Part shown: piece by piece, positions 39,333-49,297 of the stretch
Numbering within the stretch: the stretch's first letter is position 1
Layout of the letters: each line of letters begins with the position of its first letter
DNA from: a virus
Taxonomy: Duplodnaviria; Caudoviricetes
Length of the DNA: 64,000 nucleotides
Direction: 5' to 3' (one strand)
Virus record (IMG/VR): IMGVR_UViG_3300036766_002286
The notes under the pieces: generated by a model
Seen by the model: the letters and a program-made list of their open reading frames with translations, nothing else
Database searches by the model: none
Told to the model about the DNA's origin: nothing
Position numbers and translations under genes: made by a program

Positions 39333-40610
39333 CTAAGATTCAACATCTAGTAAATGGTGGGATGTTTTCCCTTTTTGTAACAAAATCCAACGATTTTGCA
39401 GTAACGAGATATCACTGAGGTGCGTGTGCGCACCCAGCGCTATACCATTAGCTCGCACGCTATGCTGTGTTAGTAAAGTGCTTGCTTGCTTGTTAGATTC
39501 AGCAAGACCACTATTAACTAGTACGCGTCTAAGATCCTGAGGCACAGTCAGATTTATTTTAGTGCTGCCTATTTCCGTAGAAATAGTCTTTAATACCTCA
39601 AAACTGGCCTCTAGAGGATTGCCGTTAAATAGCGTGTCCACTACCGTCATAGCATCGTCGGAAGCTCGTTTACCATGTACAGCTAACGTGAGCTCGCAAG
39701 CAAGCGTACGCTGAGCAATACGAGTGTGCGGATTTTTCTTCTGAGCTTCTATTACTTGGGTTATCTCGTCTATATTTAACAGAGATAGTCGCGGCAATAA
39801 TTGTACAGCATCAGCATCACTCAACTGCATCCAATGTTGAAAAAATACAAATGGCGAAGTGCGTTTTGCATCAAGCCAAATAACTTCGTTCGTGGTTTTA
39901 CCCATCTTTGTTCCGTCGTTTTTGGTAACCAACGGCCAGGTAAGACCATGAACTAAAGCACCTTCATTTTTTCTGATCAACCCGATCCCAGCGGTAATAT
40001 TGCCCCACTGGTCAGAGCCTCCTAACTGCATTTCACAACCAAACTGCTTAAATAGTTGATGAAAATCGTTAGCTTGCAAAAGCATGTAACTAAATTCAGT
40101 AAATGATAGCCCGTTCTTACTGGCCAATCTATTTTTTACCGACTCTTTAGACAGCATTTGGTCAACAGTTATGTGCTTACCAATGTCACGAAGAAATGTT
40201 AAAACATTTAAATTATTCGTCCATGATGCGTTATTAACTATTATTGCTTGACTAGCACCCGGCTCGAAGTCCAATATTTGTTCAAACTGTTTACTGATAG
40301 AAGCTACATTATGTTGCAGTAAATCAGTATCCAGTAAATTACGCTCAAGGCTCCGGCCGGAGGGATCTCCCACCATGCCGGTTGCTTCTCCTATTAAAAC
40401 AATAGGAGTATGCCCACGTAGTTGTAGGCGCCGTAACGTAATTTGTCCTAGTAAATGTCCAATATGCAGCGAATCCGCCGTAGGGTCAAAACCTACGAAC
40501 GCACTAATTGGTGTACTCATACGCCCACTTAAAGCAGGTCGATTTGTTGAGCCCCGTATTAGTCCTCTAAGCGCGAGTTCGCTAACAATATCTTTGTTAG
40601 TGTTTTTCAT
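39333..40610 (-). CDS. tyrS: Tyrosine--tRNA ligase
   Basis: GFDPTADSLHIGH, EFSYMLLQANDF, QLGGSDQWGNI, KMGKT, C-terminal S4 domain. Confidence 0.96.
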   Translation of the reverse strand: MKNTNKDIVSELALRGLIRGSTNRPALSGRMSTPISAFVGFDPTADSLHIGHLLGQITLRRLQLRGHTPIVLIGEATGMVGDPSGRSLERNLLDTDLLQHNVASISKQFEQILDFEPGASQAIIVNNASWTNNLNVLTFLRDIGKHITVDQMLSKESVKNRLASKNGLSFTEFSYMLLQANDFHQLFKQFGCEMQLGGSDQWGNITAGIGLIRKNEGALVHGLTWPLVTKNDGTKMGKTTNEVIWLDAKRTSPFVFFQHWMQLSDADAVQLLPRLSLLNIDEITQVIEAQKKNPHTRIAQRTLACELTLAVHGKRASDDAMTVVDTLFNGNPLEASFEVLKTISTEIGSTKINLTVPQDLRRVLVNSGLAESNKQASTLLTQHSVRANGIALGAHTHLSDISLLQNRWILLQKGKTSHHLLDVES

Positions 40611-40776
40611 AGAAAGTTCCCTTTTTAAGAGAGGAATATTTATATACTATACTTATTGGCGCAAACCCGTGGTCGCCAATTATACTGAAACTTTGCAGAT
40701 ACTCTTAGCCAAAGTTGCTGTTTAACTATTCAATAGCTCATGTGCGTATAAAAGGGCTTTTGGCACTATATATAGT

Positions 40777-42087
40777 ATGGAAGCATCTTTGCCTACAACT
40801 GCTCTGTTTACAGATCGTTATGAGCTAACTATGCTAGACACTGCTGTTAGGGCCGGTTATGCCGATACCCCAGCATGCTTTGAAGTATTTACCAGAAATT
40901 TGCCAACAGGTCGCAGGTACGGAGTGGTTGCTGGTATTAGCAACATACTTGAAGCAATTGCAACTTTTAAATTTGATAAAGATACTCTTGCGTGGTTAGA
41001 GGGTCAAAACTTTTTATGTACGGAAACTTTAGATCGCTTATCTAAGTACAATTTTAGTGGTAAAATTGATGCATATCGGGATGGAGAACTGTATTTTCCA
41101 TACAGCCCCATTTTGACACTAGAAGCTGCTTATGGCGATGGTATAATTCTTGAAACTATAATTTTATCAATCCTTAATCACAGCTGTGCAATTGCTTCCG
41201 CCGCCTCAAGAATGCATGAAGCGGCTAACTTTCGTCCTTTGATAGAAATGGGCAGCAGGCGTACACATCCCAATGCTGCAGTCGATGCAGCGCGCGCTGC
41301 CTATATTGCTGGCTTCGCATCAACATCTAATTTAGCTGCAGGTAAACTTTACAATATTCCAACTGTCGGTACCGCTGCGCACGCTAGTATTTTAGCTGCC
41401 CCAAGCGAGCGAGAAGCATTTGATGCTCAGATTGCTGCCCAAGGAGTTGCTACAACATTACTAGTAGACACCTTTGATACTACAATAGGAATTCAAACTG
41501 CAATAGCCGCAGCCAACCATTTTGGAGCAGTCGGTCCAGGTGCCATCCGAATAGATTCAGGGGATCCTATTACACAAGTTCCGGTAGCCCGAAAATTGCT
41601 TGATTCGCTTGGAGCTAAAACTACGAAAATTGTTTTGACTGGAGATCAAGATGAGTACTCTATACAGCGGTGCGCGGCCCTTCCGGTAGATGTTTTTGGT
41701 GTAGGTACATCCCTGGTTACGGGCTCTGGTCATCCAGCTGCGGGTTTAGTGTATAAACTAGTATCAATACAAGATGCTTCAGGCATCTCGCGTAATGTAG
41801 CTAAAAAGTCAATAGGAAAAATATCTACTGGCGGTCGCAAGGTAGCCTGGCGTGAATATGGCTCAGACGGTTTTGCTACCGGCGAATATTTTACAAACAA
41901 TCAAAACGCACCAATAGTAACTAATATGAGACAATTGCAAGCATGCGTATTTGATAAGGGTTTGACAGATGCGGCTGGTGATATAGAAGATGCCCGTATC
42001 CGGCATGCTTTATCCTTAGCTGAAATGTGTGCATCTGATCTAGATATATCACCAGGAGCTCCAGCTTTTATCGGAAAACAAATCTAA
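40777..42087 (+). CDS. pncB: Nicotinate phosphoribosyltransferase
   Basis: LFTDRYELTM, EMGSRRTH, TSN, GTAAH, LLVDTFD, IRIDSGD, FGVGT, VYKLV. Confidence 0.93.
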   Translation: MEASLPTTALFTDRYELTMLDTAVRAGYADTPACFEVFTRNLPTGRRYGVVAGISNILEAIATFKFDKDTLAWLEGQNFLCTETLDRLSKYNFSGKIDAYRDGELYFPYSPILTLEAAYGDGIILETIILSILNHSCAIASAASRMHEAANFRPLIEMGSRRTHPNAAVDAARAAYIAGFASTSNLAAGKLYNIPTVGTAAHASILAAPSEREAFDAQIAAQGVATTLLVDTFDTTIGIQTAIAAANHFGAVGPGAIRIDSGDPITQVPVARKLLDSLGAKTTKIVLTGDQDEYSIQRCAALPVDVFGVGTSLVTGSGHPAAGLVYKLVSIQDASGISRNVAKKSIGKISTGGRKVAWREYGSDGFATGEYFTNNQNAPIVTNMRQLQACVFDKGLTDAAGDIEDARIRHALSLAEMCASDLDISPGAPAFIGKQI

Positions 42088-42102
42088 ACACAAGGAGACT
42101 AT

Positions 42103-42282
42103 ATGATATATCGACCAGGCGAGCGAGCACCAGCAATTCGTCATGCTATCGACTATTACAGCCGAGGCGCGAACCACGATGCTGGTCTTACAGTAATGGA
42201 AGCAAACCAAGAATTAGATAAACTAATTAGAGATAGTGAGCTGTTAGAGCTTTTATTAAAACAATCTAAACAGGAGGGATAA
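42103..42282 (+). CDS. Small hypothetical protein (59 aa), missing from the ORF track
   Basis: SD aaggag; MIYRPGERAPAIRHAIDYY...KQEG; TAATG overlap with next gene. Confidence 0.7.
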   Translation: MIYRPGERAPAIRHAIDYYSRGANHDAGLTVMEANQELDKLIRDSELLELLLKQSKQEG

Positions 42283-42599
42283 TGGAACCACAGATCGAGA
42301 CAATCAAACGATTAATTGATGTCAGAGAATGGGAAAAGAAGTACCAGACGGTGGATATAGACATCAACTCCGAAACTGTTGCAGAAGCCACTGCGCAGTT
42401 GCAGGCGTTGCTAGACGAGGTGACAAAGTGGCGCGAAGTTGCAGGTCAACGCAAAAGTTTGCTTAATGAGGTACTGCAGCGTTCAGAGTTTATCTTTCCG
42501 GGTTCTTATCAAGACATTCAACTAAGAGACAGAATCGAGTCGGCATGTAAAGCAGTGCCTGGCGAGCAAAGCGAACAATCCGGACAAAAAACAGCATGA
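42282..42599 (+). CDS. Phage-type hypothetical protein
   Basis: SD aggagg; shares ME.Q...I and ATxQLxxLL with 42878-43123. Confidence 0.7.
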   Translation: MEPQIETIKRLIDVREWEKKYQTVDIDINSETVAEATAQLQALLDEVTKWREVAGQRKSLLNEVLQRSEFIFPGSYQDIQLRDRIESACKAVPGEQSEQSGQKTA

Positions 42600-42865
42600 C
42601 CGCCCAACAGTTCGTTACGCGGCACCCGGATTTGATTAATGCGATTCAGTATGATGGTACAAATATGCAGGAAATTTTAACTTGGTGCAGAACCATAACA
42701 AGAGAGTTGACCGTGCTCACTGTATGGATTCCACAAATGTCTGTCGGATGTTGGGCTGTAGAACTAGAGCCCGAGGTTCCGAATTGGTGCAATCGAGTTG
42801 AGATTATGAAAAATGATCATTTTATTGCCAAGTACAGGCCGGCCGAAGCAAGCGAACAAATCTAA
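42596..42865 (+). CDS. Phage-type hypothetical protein
   Basis: ATGA overlap; 'AIQYDGTN..EI..W...F...Y' pattern seen in small phage proteins. Confidence 0.65.
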   Translation: MTAQQFVTRHPDLINAIQYDGTNMQEILTWCRTITRELTVLTVWIPQMSVGCWAVELEPEVPNWCNRVEIMKNDHFIAKYRPAEASEQI

Positions 42866-42877
42866 ACAGGAGAAATA

Positions 42878-43123
42878 ATGGAAACACAAACTGACGCAAT
42901 CACCGAATGTATTAGACTCGTCGCAAAGCACTTACCAGCAATCGGGCCAGTAGCACCAAAGGACGCTACAGAGCAGCTCCGGGTGTTGTTAGAAACCAAC
43001 TCGCAACTTCAAACTTATGTCACCGAACTAGAGAGTCTTATTCTCACCATTGTTAGTGGAGGCAATCCGGACAGCGAGCAAGAGAAATTATTGTATAAAC
43101 TCAATCCTGGGGAAGGCACATGA
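42878..43123 (+). CDS. Hypothetical protein, paralogue of 42282-42599
   Basis: SD aggag; METQ...DATEQLRVLL. Confidence 0.65.
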   Translation: METQTDAITECIRLVAKHLPAIGPVAPKDATEQLRVLLETNSQLQTYVTELESLILTIVSGGNPDSEQEKLLYKLNPGEGT

Positions 43124-43725
43124 TCGTTAGAACTGCTACCACCGAGCAATCTGCCAGAGCCTTAGTTATAGTAGATCCTCAGCGCGATTTTGCAGAACTC
43201 GGCAGTCTAGCTGTAGTAGGCGGTAATAAGACAGCAGAGAATATTGCAAACTATGCCTACGGACATGCAGACGTATACAGACTAATTGTAGTAACTCGTG
43301 ACTGGCATCCAGCTTTGTTAGTAAGTCATTTTTCTAATACCCCAGATTATATTGATAGTTGGCCTGCGCACTGCGTACAAGGTACTTTTGGTGCCGAATT
43401 TATCACTCCCATAGCTAATTTACTTACTTCTGGAAAAATAGACGTTGTAGTCTCTAAAGGACAACATTCAGCTGCTTATTCAGGATTTGAAGGATCTGAT
43501 GACTCTGGTAATTCTTTAGATCAAATTCTTTCTGGAATTTCGCAAGTAGACATTTGCGGTATTGCCACTAGTCACTGTGTACGTGCTACAGCTATTGATG
43601 CTTATAATAATGGTTATAGTGTTACAGTATTTACAGATCTATCAGTCGGCGTCACTGATGAGCTGCATACAAAAACCTTATCTGAGTTACATAATATGGG
43701 TATTAAACTAGCTACTTCAGTATAA
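43120..43725 (+). CDS. pncA: Nicotinamidase/pyrazinamidase
   Basis: VDPQRDF, TRDWH, WPAHCVQGT, KG...YSGF, GIATSHCV catalytic Cys. Confidence 0.93.
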   Translation: MIVRTATTEQSARALVIVDPQRDFAELGSLAVVGGNKTAENIANYAYGHADVYRLIVVTRDWHPALLVSHFSNTPDYIDSWPAHCVQGTFGAEFITPIANLLTSGKIDVVVSKGQHSAAYSGFEGSDDSGNSLDQILSGISQVDICGIATSHCVRATAIDAYNNGYSVTVFTDLSVGVTDELHTKTLSELHNMGIKLATSV

Positions 43726-43876
43726 GTTTAAATAATTTCATACCTAAAGATCCGTATTGTTAGGGCACTGACCGTGATATGTATAGGAAAACTGTCTATA
43801 GCTATTCAATAATGAATTAAATAATTATAGGTACTAAATACTTGTTTTTCACTAAAACCCGCTCACTGTATAAGCT

Positions 43877-45553
43877 ATGTCTACAGCCACCAAAATCAGC
43901 AAAATAATAGTTAGTTTCTTGCTATGCCTAGCTGTGCTATCATTGAATTTAGATTCTTCTGCTGGTGCTCAAAGTATTATTGTAACTAAGACCTCATCTA
44001 CGTTTACCAAAGCTGCCGCTCTTTCTGCAGAAAAACTTGCCAATCAAAAAACTGCTATTCTTGCCCCGCAAAAGGTCACCACAACCACAACCACGATCGC
44101 TCCTAGAAAAACCACTACCACTACTACAGTTCGAAGAACTACTACCACTACTACAGTTAGAAGAACTACTACCACTACTACAGTTCAAAGAACTACTACC
44201 ACTACTGTTCCAAAAACTACCACCAATACCATCCCGGCCGCTGAACTTGCCGACCTAGCTGCACAAAAAAAGGCCGCAGACTATGCAGCCAAAAATCCAG
44301 CCGCTCCTCAAGTTAGCAGCAACACCATCAAGGGTTTTGTCGGATGTACCTATGTATCTAGAGAAGGCGCTGCTAGGCAAGTAGACTGTGCTGGCACCAA
44401 TGTTGTTATAGATATATTTCAAGCATGTAAAATTACTCGATTCGATACGTCTCTTGCTTTAACCGAAAAATCTCGTGAGGATTTTGCTACGTTTCTTAGA
44501 GACTTAGTGACAGCTCGTGATAATCATTCTCTTGTAAGCTACTATATTACCTTTACGGGAAATACTTCCCATAATATCGGCAACCAATGCCCCAGTATGT
44601 CAGCACCTTATATTTATATTGACGAGCATACTCTTGCGATGGATCGTGCTATATTTTCACAAAACCATTCTCCAGGCTCGCTTGCTGGTTTCAACGTAAC
44701 TCGTAAAGGCATCTCAACCGGCGATTTAGAACGAGCGCAGGTTACCTATGTCGATTGGTACATGGTAGCAACAGAATGCGTATCGGTTTGTTCTACCACA
44801 ACAACAGTACCTGTTACAACAACTACAAGCACAACACTACCACCCTTCTGCGGTACTCCAGGACACGCTCCGTGCCCCACCACCACGACTATTTCGCCTA
44901 CACCGGGTTCCTCCGGCTCCACGGGTTCCTCTGATTCTACAACATCAACAACTTTCCCAACTAATCCCATTACAGATAACCCATGGACCGCAACGGATCC
45001 TAATGTTAGTATTCGGGTGTATGTAGATACGCCTGCTAAATTCGTTGTTGGCGGTAACTATATGCCACAAAAAGTTACAGTTACTAGGGTTGTCCTTTAC
45101 TGTGGTGCCATAGAGTGCCCACCCACATTAGTACTTGGTTCATATGTCGGAACCTTAACTCAAAGCTCGACTAATCCTAATACCTATAAAGACTGTTCAA
45201 ATTCTATTTCGCTCAACTGTGCTTGGAAAAGTCTTGTAACTAACCCATCTAGTTTTAGTAGTAGTAGTAGTAAGTCTGGGGAAATGAGAATAGGTTTCTA
45301 TTCACCAACCCCATACAATATTTTTGCGAAAACGTCAGTGCTTCTAACTAGTAACATTACTCAATTTGAACGTTGGTATCGTTCAGATCTTTGCGGAGGA
45401 GCGGCTGAAACTGCTCTATCTCCAGATGGCTGTTATGTATTAAAGTCCATTGATAGAACCGATACTAGTGATTTCGTTTTATATGTTAATGGCCTATTAC
45501 AGACATCCCATGATATTTTACGCGCAGTCGTAGGTTCTGTAGGCTCAAAATAA
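43877..45553 (+). CDS. Secreted Thr-rich, Cys-rich surface protein with degenerate OmpA-like central domain
   Basis: Signal peptide, poly-Thr linkers, 'YYITFTGNTS...TLAMDRA'; paralogous to 46577-48265. Confidence 0.7.
   Translation: MSTATKISKIIVSFLLCLAVLSLNLDSSAGAQSIIVTKTSSTFTKAAALSAEKLANQKTAILAPQKVTTTTTTIAPRKTTTTTTVRRTTTTTTVRRTTTTTTVQRTTTTTVPKTTTNTIPAAELADLAAQKKAADYAAKNPAAPQVSSNTIKGFVGCTYVSREGAARQVDCAGTNVVIDIFQACKITRFDTSLALTEKSREDFATFLRDLVTARDNHSLVSYYITFTGNTSHNIGNQCPSMSAPYIYIDEHTLAMDRAIFSQNHSPGSLAGFNVTRKGISTGDLERAQVTYVDWYMVATECVSVCSTTTTVPVTTTTSTTLPPFCGTPGHAPCPTTTTISPTPGSSGSTGSSDSTTSTTFPTNPITDNPWTATDPNVSIRVYVDTPAKFVVGGNYMPQKVTVTRVVLYCGAIECPPTLVLGSYVGTLTQSSTNPNTYKDCSNSISLNCAWKSLVTNPSSFSSSSSKSGEMRIGFYSPTPYNIFAKTSVLLTSNITQFERWYRSDLCGGAAETALSPDGCYVLKSIDRTDTSDFVLYVNGLLQTSHDILRAVVGSVGSK
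44105..44215 (+). repeat. 27-bp coding tandem repeat, about 4 copies (RTTTTTTVR)
   Basis: agaactactaccactactacagtt units in direct tandem. Confidence 0.9.
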
Positions 45554-45648
45554 TTTAATAAGATTAAACATAGCCACAACTCTTTCATAAGGCATCAACT
45601 ATTTTTTGAGTATATGGCAATATCTGCATTTTCTGGACTATATTTTAT

Positions 45649-46464
45649 ATGGATTTGTATACTGTACTCTTGCATTTTCTACGTAAGCATTTATTAAAAA
45701 TTACAGCTGTTGTTACGATATGCATATTAGTATTAGCAACCGCTATCGTATCCACGCATTCGCTAGTACCCTCATTTTTTAGATCTGATTCCGACAATAC
45801 AAATTCTACTGCGACTTGTTTAGCTGATCAAAGCTGCACAGAAGAGCCAGACGTAGATGTAAGTCTACAGGGAGCCATAGCGCGACACACCCTCGGTACT
45901 TATATTGTTTCTGATTTACAATATATGTTACTAGACACTTCGGAAGTATCTATTCTATTTAAAGAACTTCTAGGCGAACCAAATTCCACTCAAAATGGCG
46001 AATTAATAATAGACGATGCAATAGCTGGATATCTACCTGCAGTAAACGCTTTTAGTAATATAAGTAGCGGCGGGTCTTGGCGTAAAGTTTGGGAGTTCTC
46101 CGAAGGAGTGTCCTTGTATAACGAAATTTTTATTACAGGTTCTTTGAATCAATCTATTACATTTGTTAAGCAGTGGGATAAGTATACTCAAGATCAAGGC
46201 ATGCAACCACTCGCAATAAAAGAATATCCTGATAATATTATACCAGATTCTCTTGGATCGCTAGAAAAGTCTTATAAATTTATTTTCAAGTCACCGGCTC
46301 AAGAAACTCTAGAGTGCGGTAGTCAAACTATTACAGCACAAGGACGTGTAATACTGGTTGTTACTTATATCACTGGTGCTTCGTGTGTGCCAATTCCCAC
46401 CTCCATTCCTATTATACTTATTGAACGTATTTTGCCGCGTGTAAAAATATTAGCACCGCTATAA
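45649..46464 (+). CDS. Membrane-anchored extracytoplasmic protein
   Basis: Single N-terminal TM helix, paired Cys; GACTAT-7-ATG. Confidence 0.7.
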   Translation: MDLYTVLLHFLRKHLLKITAVVTICILVLATAIVSTHSLVPSFFRSDSDNTNSTATCLADQSCTEEPDVDVSLQGAIARHTLGTYIVSDLQYMLLDTSEVSILFKELLGEPNSTQNGELIIDDAIAGYLPAVNAFSNISSGGSWRKVWEFSEGVSLYNEIFITGSLNQSITFVKQWDKYTQDQGMQPLAIKEYPDNIIPDSLGSLEKSYKFIFKSPAQETLECGSQTITAQGRVILVVTYITGASCVPIPTSIPIILIERILPRVKILAPL

Positions 46465-46576
46465 ATAATTAACCGGTTTGTTACTATAATTACGTACATA
46501 TTCTATATTAATTGCTAGTATAATAATTTACGTAAAAGTTACTTGTTTTTATGTAAATGCCACAATAGTTCAAAGT

Positions 46577-48265
46577 ATGTACACAAAAACTATTTCCAGA
46601 AAATTCCTCACAGGTGCTTTGCTTTTTGCAACTATACTACTATCTAGCCCGACTTTTGTAGTTCGAGCGGAACCTTTACAGCAACCAAACACAAGTGCTA
46701 GCGTGCCACAAAGGGCCCCCACAGCTACCACAGTAGCCCCAAAAAAGACCACCACAACTACCATTGCTCCTAAAAAAGTCACCACAACTACTGCAACCCA
46801 ACGCCCTATAATCGCCGATAGGCTAGCTATAAAGACAACCATTGCTCCAGCGGCTAAATATCTAAATATTGCTGCAATAAACGCAGCAGAAATGGCGGCC
46901 TACGAAGCCTCTAAGAAGGTCATGACCGCATCGCCCCTTCCAAGCGTTTCTGCGGTATCTAGAGTCTCTAGTTGCGATCCCAGTGCACCAGGGGATCCTA
47001 GCTTAGCCTGTGCGGCATTGCTACCTACAAAAATATTATTCCCAGATACGGGTACTTTTGGTATTGTAGATATTTTTGCATCCACCGGAACTGTTCCCCT
47101 TCAAGGCAAAGCTATTTTAGGCGCCGCTCGGCCTGGTCTTGTGGCGGCCGAAAACACCATGGAAACTAAAGCTGATTCCATGCTTGCAAGTGCTATAATA
47201 GACCCCACTGCTTCATACATTATTACTTTCACCGGAGGGTTCACCTTTGCAAATCAGCAAGGTTTGAATGATACCCTCGGTTTAGATCGAGCACGTGCTT
47301 CTGCTGAAGATTTGAATAGGGGCATCTGCGGTAGTAAGAAATGTCCTAATACAGAAATTGTAGAATCTTCAGGAGCTTGCCATATCGGAGTTCTTTGTAT
47401 AATAATAAAATCTGCCACAACGAGTGGTGACAGAGCCACTACCGCAGCTTTTGCTATAAAACCGGGCAAGTGTATACCTGGCAATTCTCAGTGCCCTGTT
47501 ACAACCACAACTACGAGTTCATCTCCGCCAACACTACCTCCGAATTGCAATACTCTAGGACATGCTCCATGCCCCACTATACCATCCACAACTACACCCA
47601 ATTCCGGCTCGCCGAGTACAACAACCAGCAACCCTTCTAGTTCTATTTCTGATCGTACTTATATTAATCCTAGATTTATAAACCCCGAGACTGATGAAAT
47701 ATGGACAGTGACAGATCCTAACGTAGAAGTACGTGTATACATTTTTGCTCCAACAAAGTTTATCGTAGGTGGTAGCTACATGCCACAAAACGTTACTGTT
47801 ACCAAAGTTGTTCTTTTTTGTAATAATGTTGCATGTCCACCAATTTTCGAACTAGATTCTTTTGCAGGAACTATGACTCAGAGTTCAGAGGGCACTTACA
47901 AAATGTGTACCACTTTAAGCTCGATGGGTTGTGCTTGGAGACCTTTTAGTGCCAATCCGTTTAATTTTAGTTCATCCCCCAGTTCGGGACTGCAATTAGA
48001 TTTTTATTCGCCTACCCCATTTAATAATTATGTCATCACTACAGTCGGAGTAACTAGCCGTATCAAACAATATTATCCCATCTTTTTCCCCACCTCTAGT
48101 GGGGCATGTTCACTTCCTGAATCTGCTAATACGCCAGATGAATGTTATTATATGGAACCTTTCGGTATAGACACTATTAGCGAATTTATATTATACGACG
48201 GCACACTTCGCAAGGCAGGCTCTACCATACAACGCGTTGTTGTGGGAACAGTGGGCACTAGATGA
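46577..48265 (+). CDS. Secreted Thr/Pro-rich, Cys-rich surface protein with OmpA-like central domain (paralogue)
   Basis: Signal peptide; 'YIITFTGG...NDTLGLDRARA'; C-domain WTVTDPNVEVRVY...GGSYMPQ shared with 43877-45553. Confidence 0.7.
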   Translation: MYTKTISRKFLTGALLFATILLSSPTFVVRAEPLQQPNTSASVPQRAPTATTVAPKKTTTTTIAPKKVTTTTATQRPIIADRLAIKTTIAPAAKYLNIAAINAAEMAAYEASKKVMTASPLPSVSAVSRVSSCDPSAPGDPSLACAALLPTKILFPDTGTFGIVDIFASTGTVPLQGKAILGAARPGLVAAENTMETKADSMLASAIIDPTASYIITFTGGFTFANQQGLNDTLGLDRARASAEDLNRGICGSKKCPNTEIVESSGACHIGVLCIIIKSATTSGDRATTAAFAIKPGKCIPGNSQCPVTTTTTSSSPPTLPPNCNTLGHAPCPTIPSTTTPNSGSPSTTTSNPSSSISDRTYINPRFINPETDEIWTVTDPNVEVRVYIFAPTKFIVGGSYMPQNVTVTKVVLFCNNVACPPIFELDSFAGTMTQSSEGTYKMCTTLSSMGCAWRPFSANPFNFSSSPSSGLQLDFYSPTPFNNYVITTVGVTSRIKQYYPIFFPTSSGACSLPESANTPDECYYMEPFGIDTISEFILYDGTLRKAGSTIQRVVVGTVGTR

Positions 48266-48267
48266 TC

Positions 48268-48546
48268 TTACAAATATAATTTTATTGCAGCGATAGCTTC
48301 TTTCATTTTGTAATAGCAATCCCGCATAGCTGCAATAGGTGTAGAAAACTCTATACTTTTTATTAGGCTATTAGCTACGTCCCCGTCTCGCAACCACGCA
48401 CTACAGAACCACGCACCGCTTTGGTAGTTCAATGCAAAATCACATTCTTGTAACTCAAACCATTTGGTATACTGATGCAAATCTGAAGATCCGAGTTCAA
48501 AAGTACTTACTGTGTTATCTACATCTATTTCTTGAGCGTCTATCAT
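48268..48546 (-). CDS. Hypothetical protein
   Basis: 92-aa ORF, TACTGT-7-ATG. Confidence 0.65.
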   Translation of the reverse strand: MIDAQEIDVDNTVSTFELGSSDLHQYTKWFELQECDFALNYQSGAWFCSAWLRDGDVANSLIKSIEFSTPIAAMRDCYYKMKEAIAAIKLYL

Positions 48547-48700
48547 ATCTCATACAGTACGTAACTGTCATCTGTTCGCATGAGATCAAAGTTATGTTTT
48601 GTGAAAGAATTGTTCAAAAATCTGGCCATTATAAAGCTTTTCGTATTAGAACAATATAAACTACTTAATAGCTGTACACATTGTGCTTTATCCTGAGATA

Positions 48701-49297
48701 TCAAAGTATCTCTTGTTTATACCGTTCCCACCCATGCCCGGCTGTGAGGGGATCTAAAGTTTTAAATAAATAATTTTTCTTCATTAGTACACCAGGATTA
48801 CCTGTGAGTTCACAAATTTCTGCAGAACGTTTTTCGAACTCATAGACTATTTTCTGCATTAACTCTCGTTGCTCATTTTGCTCGTCTCTCTTATTTTCAA
48901 GTACAACACGCGCTGACATACATTCAGCAGTATTGTGATGTGCTTCCATTAGCTCCAACCACGCCGCAATCTTATCTCTATCTTCCTGTGTCCTTACCAC
49001 GCCGATGGCCGGACACTCAAATTCAGATTTAAATTTTATACAGCACGGAGATTGTAATTCTGGTAAATCGAAATAATAACGCAGTGTTCCAAACTTTTCT
49101 TTAACCTGATGAACTTCATAATCAGGGTTAACTGCAGCCAACCTCTGATCCAGACCGATAATAAGGTCATACCAACCGCGATCGCATCTAAGTTCACGCC
49201 CCCATTCGGTGGGTATACGTTGTAGTATTTGTCTAAGCCCCTCAGCGTGTTTGCCAGCATCTTTTGGGACAGGCATCGAACTAATTATTTCATTCAT
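48701..49297 (-). CDS. Phage-type conserved hypothetical protein
   Basis: GWYDLI...QVKEKFGTLRYY...SAEICELTG motif; CACTAT-7-ATG. Confidence 0.75.
   Translation of the reverse strand: MNEIISSMPVPKDAGKHAEGLRQILQRIPTEWGRELRCDRGWYDLIIGLDQRLAAVNPDYEVHQVKEKFGTLRYYFDLPELQSPCCIKFKSEFECPAIGVVRTQEDRDKIAAWLELMEAHHNTAECMSARVVLENKRDEQNEQRELMQKIVYEFEKRSAEICELTGNPGVLMKKNYLFKTLDPLTAGHGWERYKQEIL

Noticed and set aside
44105-44215. Direct repeats as a possible CRISPR array
   Set aside because: Contiguous in-frame 27-bp coding repeats with no spacers
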